Below, one piece after another: positions 1 to 15,500 of a stretch of 35,648 bases of DNA. Position 1 is the stretch's first letter. Each line of letters opens with the position of its first letter. The notes under the pieces were generated by a model. It had not been told where the DNA came from and did not search any database. It saw only the letters and a list, made by a program, of their open reading frames with translations. Source of the DNA: Vezdaea acicularis (taxonomy: Eukaryota); assembly GCA_026025075.1 (NCBI GenBank), contig JAPEUI010000148.1, forward strand, positions 1 to 35,648, in the 5' to 3' direction. The translations under genes were made by a program, and so were the position numbers.

Positions 1-1894
1 GCCATCCGCGTTCCAGAGACAGCATGCAACGTAGCCGTCCTGTTCCAAAGGCCCAGCTGGCTCAGATCGCGGTATCGGCAGCGGATTAATTCCCCGATCG
101 TAGTTTGACGGATCCCAAAGGCCAATCATGTTGACGGCAACTTGGCACAAGCGGCCCTTTCATGAGTACATGGCAAAAGATCAACGAATCATACGCCCGG
201 CTTCAGATCGCACGTTTGATCGTCAAGGCGTCAAAGCAAGGTACGCCTGCTCGGTTGCCCAGGTTGAGACGGGTAGCTACAGGTGTCACCGGTGAAGCAT
301 GCATGCTTGGACGGAGATCCAAGACAAAGCAATGCGTTTTCACGGCTGTAGATACATCCATCCCTGTCCAAGACTCGAATCGCACATAGTGTGTCGCCGG
401 CGGAATCGGAGAGCGATAAGAATCTGGCTCGGTCCTTGATATCATCGCAAGGCGTTGATATGTGTGTCTTATAATACCTGTCATCATACGTGTCTTGGAC
501 TTGTCTGGCCATTGCTTAGCTCGCGGTTCTGCTATTATCCGTAGAAGTAAAGAAGGCTTCTAGAAGCACAAAGGAAGGTGAGCACTTCGAGTAGGCGATA
601 CGCTTTTCGGCAAATACCCGCCCATGGTACTTGACCGTCCCTTTCAGTTGACTGAAGTCAACAAACACAGAACATTAGAGAAAGAAATGCAAGTATTCTT
701 TTGTAGCCTCTATCAATTGGATACAAATACCATGGTGTGAAGGCCGGACAAAGCAGTCGCTTTATGCCGCGTTGAGGCTGATTTCAGCCAGTTTTTGGAT
801 GAATTAGGAGGCCATATGGACTATGGTGATCCCTCATAGTAAACATACGCACTTCTTGCTTTCAAGTTGTAAAGATTATCTTTCTGCTTCGACTCAGAGA
901 ATAAGTCTAGCAGTGAAACGTCCTTATAGACCAGACCTTGAGTGCGCCCCAAGCTTTCGGCCTTATCGAATGGACATGCAGAACAGGCATTAGACAAAGG
1001 CTGATGAGAGGATGACTTTGATTAAGAAAGCGTTTCGGGCATTGAGGAAATGGTCCTTCGCGGCTCATCGCATTTTACAATGACTGCCCGTATTCAAATT
1101 GTAGGGCTGAGGCAATGCCGTCGGTCCCCTAACTCCTTTAGAAAGCTGATGTATTCCACCATCTGTAAGGTTTGCAACCCAGTATCGATTAAACCTGAAG
1201 AGCATGAATGGCATGACTAGATTTCTTCTAGCGTCCTTCGCGGAATGAGGCGGGACGTGCTCCGCCTCTCGCTTCCTCGCTATGAAGCCCTAATTACCTC
1301 CTAATTAGGCGATCTTTCCCGAGCTCATGTCCGGGGCATGGCATCAGCCTCTCCTGCGAACCGCAGATCGCGTGCGCGTTATTCCTCCGCACCATCAACA
1401 TGTTTAGTTCTACCGACCAATTGTGCCCGGTTCTGGGGTGTTCGTATGAACGCCTCGGAGAAAAGCTTGCTTCATTTCTCCGTAACACGAGGCAAAATCA
1501 CCCTGAATGGTTGATCATTCCCCGCTAGACGTGTTCGCCAAGCTTTTGGCGCACCTCCAAGGCAGACAAGAGCAAGGCGTTTAGCGGGCCGGCATGGCTG
1601 ATGAACAGGCCTTCAAAAGCTTGAGGTAAGCATAACCGCAATATAAACTTTGCTGTCGCGGGAAGCGTCCCGTGGTCGGGACGGTGAGAGGCTGGGAGGC
1701 TCATGAGGGCACTGCCGCTGTGCCAAGCTGAGGCTGCCTTTGGGCGAACCAAACACCGTTATGAGGGGCGCAGAACGGACATAAAATGCCTATGATCGCC
1801 CGCGACATGTAGGGTTCGCATGCTCACATAAAGCGGTGGCATTCTACGCAGCCACAGACGTATCGAATCTCACATGTAATCGAGCGGTCAAACT

Positions 1895-1900
1895 TATAAA
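1895..1900 (+). promoter_or_regulatory. Putative TATA box of the Gly/Ser-rich protein gene
   Basis: TATAAA about 130 nt upstream of the ATG at 2026, followed by a CT-rich tract, as is typical of filamentous fungal core promoters. Confidence 0.4.
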
Positions 1901-2025
1901 CAGAGACCATAACCTGGATACACCTCCAGACGCCCCTCAGTAACTTCTCTTCCTCACCCGGGTTCTGTTCACCCTCATATTATTGATATACCACCATAAC
2001 TCACATCCCTTGATCGAATTCAATC

Positions 2026-2607
2026 ATGCGTTTCACACGTTTCCTCGCCCTCCTCGCCCTCCTCATAACTGTCTCCTCTCTCGCCATACCAACTGACCTC
2101 ACTCTCTTCTCTCTGACAAAGCGGATCCCATTTCCCGCTGGCGGTGGAGGAGGAAGTGGCGGCAGCGGTGGCGGTAGTAGCGGCGGTAGCAGCGGAGGCT
2201 CAAGCGGTGGTTCCTCAGGTATGTCTAGCGGCTCCCCGTGGCAGTTATAGTGGAAGCTCATGCGGCCAATCAGGCGGTTCTAGCGGCGGTTCATCCGGCG
2301 GTTCATCTGGAGGTTCATCTGGCGGGTCATCCGGCGGCTCAGGCAGTAGCGGCGGGTCAGCTGGAGGCTCAATTGGTGGAGGCAGTGGCGGTTCATCTGG
2401 TGCAAGTGGCGCAAGCAGAGGAGGTTCAGGGGGCAGTAGGTGACCTCCACGATCTTTAATCGTATGTAGAGCTAATCAGAGTCTGTGACAGCTTCGGGAG
2501 CAGCCGGCGCAGGTGGGTCTAGTGCTGCAGTCGCACTCGTCCCAAGTTATGGGTTCTGGGCTCTTCCTGTTGTAGTGGTTGGAGCCGGGATGATAGTCTT
2601 CGCATAG
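2026..2607 (+). CDS. Secreted Gly/Ser-rich (GGSS-repeat), probably GPI-anchored cell-surface protein, 156 aa; join(2026..2218,2274..2435,2492..2607)
   Basis: Signal peptide MRFTRFLALLALLITVSSLA; KR dibasic site (LTKR|IPFP); 9 consecutive GGSS units. Introns GTATGT..CAG (55 nt) and GTAGGT..GCTAAT..CAG (56 nt) restore the frame (471 nt total). C-terminus ...GGSSAAVALVPSYGFWALPVVVVGAGMIVFA* fits an omega site plus hydrophobic tail. Confidence 0.85.
2140..2435 (+). repeat. Degenerate 12-nt coding repeat (GGN GGN Ser Ser)n
   Basis: Units such as ggcggtagtagc, ggcggttcatcc and ggaggttcatct; interrupted by the intron at 2219-2273. Confidence 0.85.
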
Positions 2608-2831
2608 AGGACGGCCTCACTTGTGAAGATGACGTGCGGGATATACCCAAGAGAGAAGCTGGACGTGATGAACATTTACATAATCTGCATACTGTCATTA
2701 CTAGCTAGCGTTTGGTGCAACGAAAGCAGTCGGCCGGCGTTGCAATGGTTGCAAGCTTTGGCCATAGCGTTTTCGATATATCAACATTCAATCCAGCTGC
2801 TTTGTACTCATTATTTCCAAAACATGGTTCC

Positions 2832-5495
2832 CTAGCACGCCCATCCTTCCTTGACAGTGCCAACAAACCCCCCTAGACCACTAGAGCCATCTAAAGCCCC
2901 TTTCCCAACATCAGGCATGGCAAGCAGCTTCGCCCCGCGCTCGACCCATTCCGTTGACGAGAGAAACTCAAACCGGATGAGCGCAACAGGATGAGACGAT
3001 GGTGTACTTTTACTAAAGGCAGTCTTGAGGCCATTTTTCTCGTCGTTGGCGTCGAAGGTGAACAAGCCTATTTGAGATATCGCAGGCGACTGCTCGAGGG
3101 GCCGCTGAGTCTCTTCCTCAGTCTCTCCATCCTTAAGTATATCCACACCCTTGACAGTAGCCAAGACTCTTACACTAGCAACATAAAGCACTACTCTGAC
3201 AGCTTTACTAAGCGCCTCGGCGTCTTCCTTAGTAAAGCTACCGGTGATCCCCTTATATGGCTTTGGAAGCCTTTCGCCAGACCCATGCTTGGCGCCAATA
3301 AGGATCATACCTTTGCGTGGCTTTGGTATGGGAATAGTAGCATCATGAATGGTTTGAACAAGGCCAATAGTGCCAACCTGTCCCGCAAGTAGCTTCCTGA
3401 CGGGCAAGCGCAGATTACGGATGCTTACAACGCGAACGGGCCGCCATTCCATGCCTCTAGATTCGTCTAGGTCGCTTTCGGATTCAACATGAAAGGGGCC
3501 GAGGAACAACTCATCGCCGACGGCTACCTCTCCATAGCGTAAATGACCGCTCAAGACAGGCCACATGTCGGTAGGCTTGTTGATTCCGGCGTTTGAAAGA
3601 TATTCGGTTGAATTGGACAAGGCAAATACCTCTTCTACATGGAATAGGGGTTCGGGGGCATCCTCGAAATGGAGTTCAGAAATCGGACGAGTTGGCGGGG
3701 AAGGTATTGGCAGTAGACGCAGCAATGCATGCATCAGCCCAATTCCGATTCCTTTTACGGCGCTAGTTAAAACAATTGGGACCGTCGAGCACAGATTATC
3801 TGCTTTAATTCCTCTAAGCGTCTGGAGAACGTGCGTGCGATCCTGATCCGATACAGAAAGGTCAGAATTGTCTCCGGGGGCTTCCACTACACTGTTACTA
3901 GCACACAAGACTGGGCGTCGGCCAGCAGCCTTCAGCGTGGAAAGAACTTTGGCCAGGGTTTGTCGGAGGCCGGTCTTGGATGCAAGGTCAAGCTTTGTTA
4001 TGACCACCACGAGAGGAACAACGAGCTTGAGGCAGAAGTCAAGATGGGCCTGAGAGAGATCGACATCTACGCCGGATGTGCCCAGTATCTCTTGCGCAGA
4101 CGATGCGCTTCCAAGTTTGCCCACTGAAATCTCGCCTTCGTTCGCAGCAATACAGAGAAAGGTCCAGTGAGGCGCCCATCCTACAAGCCCACGCACTGTC
4201 GTTCGCCGATATCGAGGATGACCAGCAGAGTCAGAGAAGAAGACTAGTCGACCATAATCCGCAGACGCATGGATATCTGTCCATGAAGATATATTACCGG
4301 ATGCATAGTTGATAACTACATCTTTCCTTGAGGAATGTTCCTCAGACGCTCCCTTGTACCCAATGAGTTCTTGAGCGACTGAACTGGTTACACCCGTCAA
4401 CAGCTCATGACGATGTCTCAAGAGGCTGAGCCTACTCTTCCCACGACCATTATCGAGTGTTGCTGTCGAAAGGGTTCCCAAAAGACTGGACTTTCCCGAA
4501 GTGGTGGCACCAGTCAATGAAACGCGTAGCTGCTCTGTAGTCGACTGCACGCTCTCCACAAATGGCCGATTCTCTTTATTTTGCAGTGGTTGATTATTTT
4601 GCTCGTCGATTAAACGCACGTTCCCAAGAGTAGAGATCTCTCCAGTTTTGTATGATCCGCGGTCAGGCTTTACAAGCGCTTCAGCGACCCAAAGACTTTC
4701 CGAACGAAGAGATTGGATAGGGGCGTTGTTGTCGTCTTGGGTCTCCTCCAACCATTCGCATCTACCGACAATGACTGCTCGTAGAAGGTGCACCCTGCAG
4801 CCAAGAGAACTAGCCATGGATCTTAAATTATTCAGACTCTCTTCCATCTCTTCTCTTGTAAGGCCCACAAAGGTGCCATCATCAGAAACTCCTATCTCAT
4901 ATAGAGCGCCTTTGCTCTCCTCCAAACCTGGCAGAAGATGACCTGGCCTATTTGGCTGGGAAAGTACAGATGGAGTCTCTGATAGTTTAGGTACGATCAA
5001 GGTCCCAGAAGAGGAAGAGTGATAAGGGGAGGATTGCTGTAAACGCCATAGTAGCTGCGTGGTCAGGTGTTGCAATCGGTTCTGACGGGATGAGTTAGAT
5101 GGCATGGGGAAGTTGGAACTGCCATCATCTGGTGTTCCCACTAGAGGGATTGCAATATCTTCTGGAGAATTGACATGGCCTAGTGTTGAATGATGGGACC
5201 CTGAAACACGCTTTGCGGTTGTAGAGGAGACAAACGATTTGCGTGGCCTTAGGAGCAAGTGCAACTTATATTCAGTAGGACCATCCTGCGGTTCCGCCTC
5301 AAGCTTGTCAATGCCACAATCTGCAAGAAGCTTTGGATATGACGACTCTAGTATATCCTTCTGATCTTCAGGAGTCAGGAATGGGGAGATCGTCTTCGCT
5401 TCCTCGTTCGACGTCTGCTGGGTAGACACCGATGGGGCCAACCACGGAGAAGATACACGTGGAGGATTTGGATCGTATGTAAAGATGGATGCCAT
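2832..5495 (-). CDS. GTPBP1/GTPBP2-like translational GTPase, about 887 aa, no intron evident
   Basis: G1 GATTSGKS, switch I RHRHELLTGVTSSV, G3 DSAGH, G4 TKLD, G5 TSAV; N-terminal EYKL...LLWRL...ALYEIGVSDDG block typical of the family; EF-Tu-like barrel region. The first ATG (MASIFTYDP) is at 5495; the ORF-track start at 5573 is a TTG. Confidence 0.85.
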   Translation of the reverse strand: MASIFTYDPNPPRVSSPWLAPSVSTQQTSNEEAKTISPFLTPEDQKDILESSYPKLLADCGIDKLEAEPQDGPTEYKLHLLLRPRKSFVSSTTAKRVSGSHHSTLGHVNSPEDIAIPLVGTPDDGSSNFPMPSNSSRQNRLQHLTTQLLWRLQQSSPYHSSSSGTLIVPKLSETPSVLSQPNRPGHLLPGLEESKGALYEIGVSDDGTFVGLTREEMEESLNNLRSMASSLGCRVHLLRAVIVGRCEWLEETQDDNNAPIQSLRSESLWVAEALVKPDRGSYKTGEISTLGNVRLIDEQNNQPLQNKENRPFVESVQSTTEQLRVSLTGATTSGKSSLLGTLSTATLDNGRGKSRLSLLRHRHELLTGVTSSVAQELIGYKGASEEHSSRKDVVINYASGNISSWTDIHASADYGRLVFFSDSAGHPRYRRTTVRGLVGWAPHWTFLCIAANEGEISVGKLGSASSAQEILGTSGVDVDLSQAHLDFCLKLVVPLVVVITKLDLASKTGLRQTLAKVLSTLKAAGRRPVLCASNSVVEAPGDNSDLSVSDQDRTHVLQTLRGIKADNLCSTVPIVLTSAVKGIGIGLMHALLRLLPIPSPPTRPISELHFEDAPEPLFHVEEVFALSNSTEYLSNAGINKPTDMWPVLSGHLRYGEVAVGDELFLGPFHVESESDLDESRGMEWRPVRVVSIRNLRLPVRKLLAGQVGTIGLVQTIHDATIPIPKPRKGMILIGAKHGSGERLPKPYKGITGSFTKEDAEALSKAVRVVLYVASVRVLATVKGVDILKDGETEEETQRPLEQSPAISQIGLFTFDANDEKNGLKTAFSKSTPSSHPVALIRFEFLSSTEWVERGAKLLAMPDVGKGALDGSSGLGGFVGTVKEGWAC

Positions 5496-5907
5496 TGCTT
5501 TAGATACTTCCCCCCTTATCTCGAGCCGTATACCCCTCAGATCTCTGCTGCACTCTAACTTCGAAGCTTTCAAAATAGAGATCTATTTCGTATTCGCCGA
5601 GAAAAGACCTCTATATCGAGCCGGAGTAACGATCTGGTATTAGTGTGAGCGCGATGAATGCGAAACAATCGTGACATTGGTGGAATCATCTTGGTTATTA
5701 GGATAGTGTTGTCGGACAAAGGATGGGTCCAATCGTAGCGGCAAGCTGGAGGAGCTCTAGACAAATAGAATGGACAAAGATGACATCTTGTCTTGGTGAG
5801 TAGAAAGAGTAATGATGAAGGTTTTGCAGGCACGGAGTCTTTGCCGTTGCTGGAATCTTTATGACAGCAGAGTGATGACTCGAGCTGAATAGTAGCGATT
5901 ACGACGG

Positions 5908-6090
5908 CACCCTCTGAGCAAAATAGTTGAGACAGCAGAAAATTAGCGAGGTATCTTCTCAGCGAAATTGTGCGAGAGGGAACCTCGCTTCTAGACAAAT
6001 GCAAGGGAGGTAAAGTACCTCACCGCACTGATTTGGTGAGAAGGTACCTCGCTAATTTTTTGCTGTCTCAACTATTTTGCTCAGAGGGTG
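5908..6090. mobile_element. Non-autonomous DNA transposon (MITE), 183 bp, 54-bp TIRs, 5-bp TSD GACGG
   Basis: 5908-5961 matches the reverse complement of 6037-6090 at 52/54 positions, with weaker symmetry further in. GACGG occurs at 5903-5907 and 6091-6095, immediately flanking the element. No transposase coding capacity. Confidence 0.88.
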
Positions 6091-6638
6091 GACGGAGAGA
6101 CTGCAACTCGTAACGCGAAATCTTCATGGCACGTGAATTTAGCCTGGAGCACGTGAGCTCTCACTTTTTGAATCGTGTTTAATGAACTTGAGCGATGGCC
6201 CCTTTTGGGCAGAATATCTTCAACCATAGGGAGCTCGTATGAGTTGCAAGTTATCTATTATTAACTCTGGCCATGATTTACAGCCTGAACCTGGTGTCGA
6301 TCTGGTCATCACTTTATCTGGTTAAGTGAATGCTGGTAACAAGCGGCATCTAAGCTCAAGTATCCATTTCAACAAGCAAAAGGTGCTTTGCGACAACCTT
6401 TAAAACGGCCAATCCAACCGTGAGATCCTAATCTCATCTATAGTCTAACATTTCCATCGAGTATGCAGAAGGGATCCGGTGCTTATGAGCTGTGAAAACT
6501 CGAGCCACGCATTTCAGAATGAAATGGGGAGCAAATGTTCAGGCCTTCTGAACTCCTACAAACCAACACCTATCACGCCCAGCGCCGCAGACCCTGTGCA
6601 GTCGAATAGCTTGAAATGAATGTTGGCCTTCCAGATTC

Positions 6639-11706
<5,068 letters not shown>

Positions 11707-11728
11707 TCACCTCACTATTCCAGTCACA

Positions 11729-12324
11729 ATGGTACTTTCGTTTATATTGATCCAGAACCGTCAGCAAGTATTCCCTGAAGCTCACGAACCGTAGAATACT
11801 AATTTCCTTGCTCTCAGAGGGAAGACCAGACTAGCCAAATGGTATGCACCTTACAGTGTGAGTCAGACTCTCGCCTACTTGATATAAAGCATACCGACGC
11901 TCGAACAGGATGAAGAGAAGGTGCGAATAAAAGGAGAAATACACCGGCTTGTAGCTCCAAGAGATCAAAAGCACCAGTCTAATTTTGCAGAATTTCGCAC
12001 GTTCAAGATAGTCTATCGGCGATATGCAGGCCTCTTCTTTTGCGCCTGCGTTGACGCCAATGACAACGAGCTTGCTTATCTAGAGGCTCTTCACTTCTTT
12101 GTTGAAGTGCTAGACAGCTTTTTTGGGAATGTCTGTGAACTAGACTTAGTCTTCAATTTCTATAAGGTATATTCGGAGAAACCTCCAAGTGTAGGGTCAT
12201 GGTGCTAAGCTAATCTGCTGAGGTCTATGCCATCCTGGATGAGGTGTTCTTAGCTGGAGAGATCGAGGAGACAAGTAAACAAGTCGTATTGACGCGGCTG
12301 GAACATCTCGATAAACTAGAGTAA
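11729..12324 (+). CDS. APS2: AP-2 adaptor complex sigma subunit, 144 aa; join(11729..11763,11818..11857,11909..12166,12223..12324)
   Basis: Spliced product [21 protein letters not shown]...[10 protein letters not shown]...[32 protein letters not shown]. The model needs a GC-AG first intron and a GAG acceptor in intron 3. Confidence 0.93.
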
Positions 12325-12590
12325 CTGTAACACATACCGCAGCAAGTGGCCGCTTCACTTCGTGCGGGCTCGATTGGACAGAGGAAGAAAGGGGATAAGA
12401 ATTTCACGCAATGCGAGGCGTTCTGACAACGCTCGGAGGACTTGCTCCTTGAACCCATCTTCTTTTACGGCCTATATCTAGTCTTTATGAATAAACCGCT
12501 AATATTCATAACCCATGCTTTTTGCACCGTCCCCTTGAATGCCTCACCATTCTATACCTATCATCAAAAAAGACATCTTGCATCAGAAAG

Positions 12591-15500
12591 TTAATTTGAC
12601 GCATAATTAAACGGGTTACGGCAAAGTGGACAAGAGCTTGTGTTGCTCGATTTGAACCATTTCAAGAGGCAGACTGGTGAGTTGTTAGTAAAGAAAAACC
12701 ATCATCGTATTGCCAGATAGAACTTACGGGAGTGGAAGAGGTTCGAACAGGTCGCACAGCGTTTACTAGGGAGCTGTTTGTCTTCTGATATCAGAGAATA
12801 ACAAATAGAGCATTCGGTTTGTCCTTTAAGGGCGCCTTTGACTGCTCTTCTCCAAGACATAAGACCTTCGATGATACCACCATTCTATTGATGATTAGCA
12901 TTTTCTCATCTCGACCGGGAAGCGTGCTCTATGGGCTTTACCGAAAACCTGATTACGCCCCTTGTACTTATTAGCCAACCTTGCCAGTCTCTTTCGTTTG
13001 CGGCCAGCCGATTCATGCCTTCCACAGTTGCGTTTTCCAGAGGAAAAGAGTTGGGTAAGCGTATTACTATTGACATTGCTTGCTCGTCAACCTCGAAGCT
13101 TGCGATGACTTCACGGGCTTTCTTCGAGACCTTGACAGTCATCTCCCTTTCTCCACTTGTCTCCTGCTCTTGGGCCCACTCACTGACGCCTTCAAGGGAG
13201 CTAGCAATAACCAAGGGCGATATGAATTTCTCGGTCCACGATAAGATAGCTAGCTGTCTCTGCCGCTTCGCAAGATCCAGCCACCATTTCTTAATTAAGG
13301 CAGGTGCATGCTCGAGGCAAAGATAGTAGATATGAGCCAGTAGCCAATTTAGATCTTTACGTGAATTTTCTTCCACATCAGTAAGGTAGTCACTAATGTT
13401 GCACTTTGAGACGTCCACAAGCTTGCCTTGCTTTCCTTCCAGAAGTTCGAACGCGAAGTCCAGTAACCCGGTGAGGTTTTCCGACTTATGTATAGACTCG
13501 ATATAATCCGATCTTACCTTATGAGAAGCATTAGAAAAATGATCAAAAATCAACCTCCATGCGTAGAGATATCCTCGCAAGGACAAAGGGATAGAATACT
13601 CGAAGCTGTTCTCATCAAAATGGTCCGCTTTAGGAGCTTCTGTAACGAGTGAAAGGAGCTCCGGTGGTAGTCTAGCGTTGCTTTTTGCGAGTGCAATATC
13701 GATCGAGACCTGTCCCTGGATCTCTGGTATTCTGCCATGCAAAAGGTCGAAGGCCGTCTGCTGTACTGCGCTGGCTCTTACGTGTAATAATTGGTACAGA
13801 TCATTCGGATCCTTGGTTGAAACAATTGAGAGACTGTGGACGTGGCGGCAAAGGAGATCGTTGACAATTCTGAGTGGTTGGTGAGACTCATCTGGCAGAT
13901 GTGAGGCTTTGAACGTAGTGAGTAATAGGTTCGCTTCTTCAGTTTCAAAATCTTGTAAAGCTTCATCAAGATCCTCATTGGATTGTTTCCGCAACTTTTT
14001 CAGGGTTAAGAGTAGTCTAAGGACTCCGTACAGTGCCGGGAGTTTCTCTCCAATATAGGGGTCCATCTCCTGATTGATACTGGTCCAAATGTTTTTCAGG
14101 AGCCCGAGAACAGCACCCCAATGCTCACCGTAAAGCTCCTTCACATATGGCAGGAGCAGATTGAGAAGCCTTAGAGTTTCAGCCGCTACCGCCCATTGTA
14201 AGCGCAGATTCGCCGAGGGAAGAGAAGCTGGCTTGTCCGCAAACGGACCCTCTGTTGAATGAGATGAGATCAACGAATTAGCAAGGAATAAGATGCGCCG
14301 CTGTGACGGTCCAAGACCAGCCTCATCCAGATTCTGTAAAGCAATACTTAGAAGGACAAGCTTGATCAAGTATGCTTCCGAATCAACCGGCGCGTTAGCC
14401 TCGGTCAATTCGTCAACAAGCTCATTCACGAAGCGGTCTGCTTGCGCGTTGGCTTTCGAATCCACATTAAGTCCAGAGAGCAGTGCGACAGTCTTTAGGG
14501 CATGCTTGCTTTCCCTTGACCAGGCTGTGTAAACTTTGGGAACATCTTTCTTACCTAGCGGACGCTTTGAATCTTCTGAAATCACACTGTATATGAAGCT
14601 CAACGCTCGAGCATTATAGAAGGAGAATGAAGTTAGATCTGAGGCATTATCCGCGAAATATTCAATCACACCGGTCCACCGCTCTGACTGCGCATGGAGC
14701 CAGTCTTGAACGGTCATTTGTGCATATGAAATGAGTTCTTCAATCGATGTTTCGACTTCTGGAGTAGGAGGCAACCATAAGTTGTTGGCGCCCGCCAGAC
14801 TAAGATTGTCTTTCGCCAGGTCTAAGACCAAGATCAGATTCCTGATTATGATATCTTGGCACTCCAATTCAGAGTGTTTGAGCAGGTTTGTGGATTGAGA
14901 AAGTCTTGTAACCAAAATCCAGCATCTTAATGCGGGTGAGTAGCCTTCTCCATCTCTGTTCACTCCGGAGGCTGGTTCTGCATTAGATGCATACGGTGTC
15001 TGGTCAATTATATGTATGGCGCCAGCAAGTTTACTTCCAATAGCCATTGAAGTGTTTGGTGAGATGTTCAAGAACGGCCGAAGCATTTCTTCCCACTCCG
15101 TATCATCTGGTAGTAAACCTGAAAGCAAGCTTGCGCGGTATGAGTCAGCAGTCAGATCGTGGAGCTTTACAGCCCTTTCAGCCAAGTGATCGACCCTAAG
15201 TTTGTCAGATATAAGATAATTAGTCTTGGTCAAGAGAAAGCTTACGAAATGGAGTTATGTTCTGTCTGTAGAAGGGATTTCTTTAAAACTGAAGTATAAA
15301 TCTTGCGGAACTCCATAGCGTCATTCGATATAGCAAGAATAGACTCAAATTCAGCGCAAGTTTTCTCTGCCTGAGCAGCCACATCATCATCGAGTGCTTC
15401 GCACAACGAGAGCAGATTTTTCATTAAGCTTGCACCATGTTCACTCTGTAGCAATTGGGTGAAAATGCCTTTGTTGTCGGCTGAGAGAATCTGGAGACCA

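Noticed and set aside
1..512. Short ORFs at the left edge, plus an open minus-strand frame running off the window (GRLCQVAVNMIGLWDP...)
   Set aside because: No recognisable motif, and I could not find phase-consistent splice sites to join them. A truncated gene cannot be excluded.
1001..1030. CTGATGA...GAAA resembling a hammerhead ribozyme core
   Set aside because: The intervening and flanking sequences do not form stems I-III.
5496..5573. 26-aa N-terminal extension of the GTPase from a TTG
   Set aside because: The downstream ATG has good context and begins the conserved-looking sequence; nothing supports non-AUG initiation.
5570..6004. 144-aa minus-strand ORF overlapping the MITE
   Set aside because: TTG start inside the MITE, with no transposase or other motif; probably spurious.
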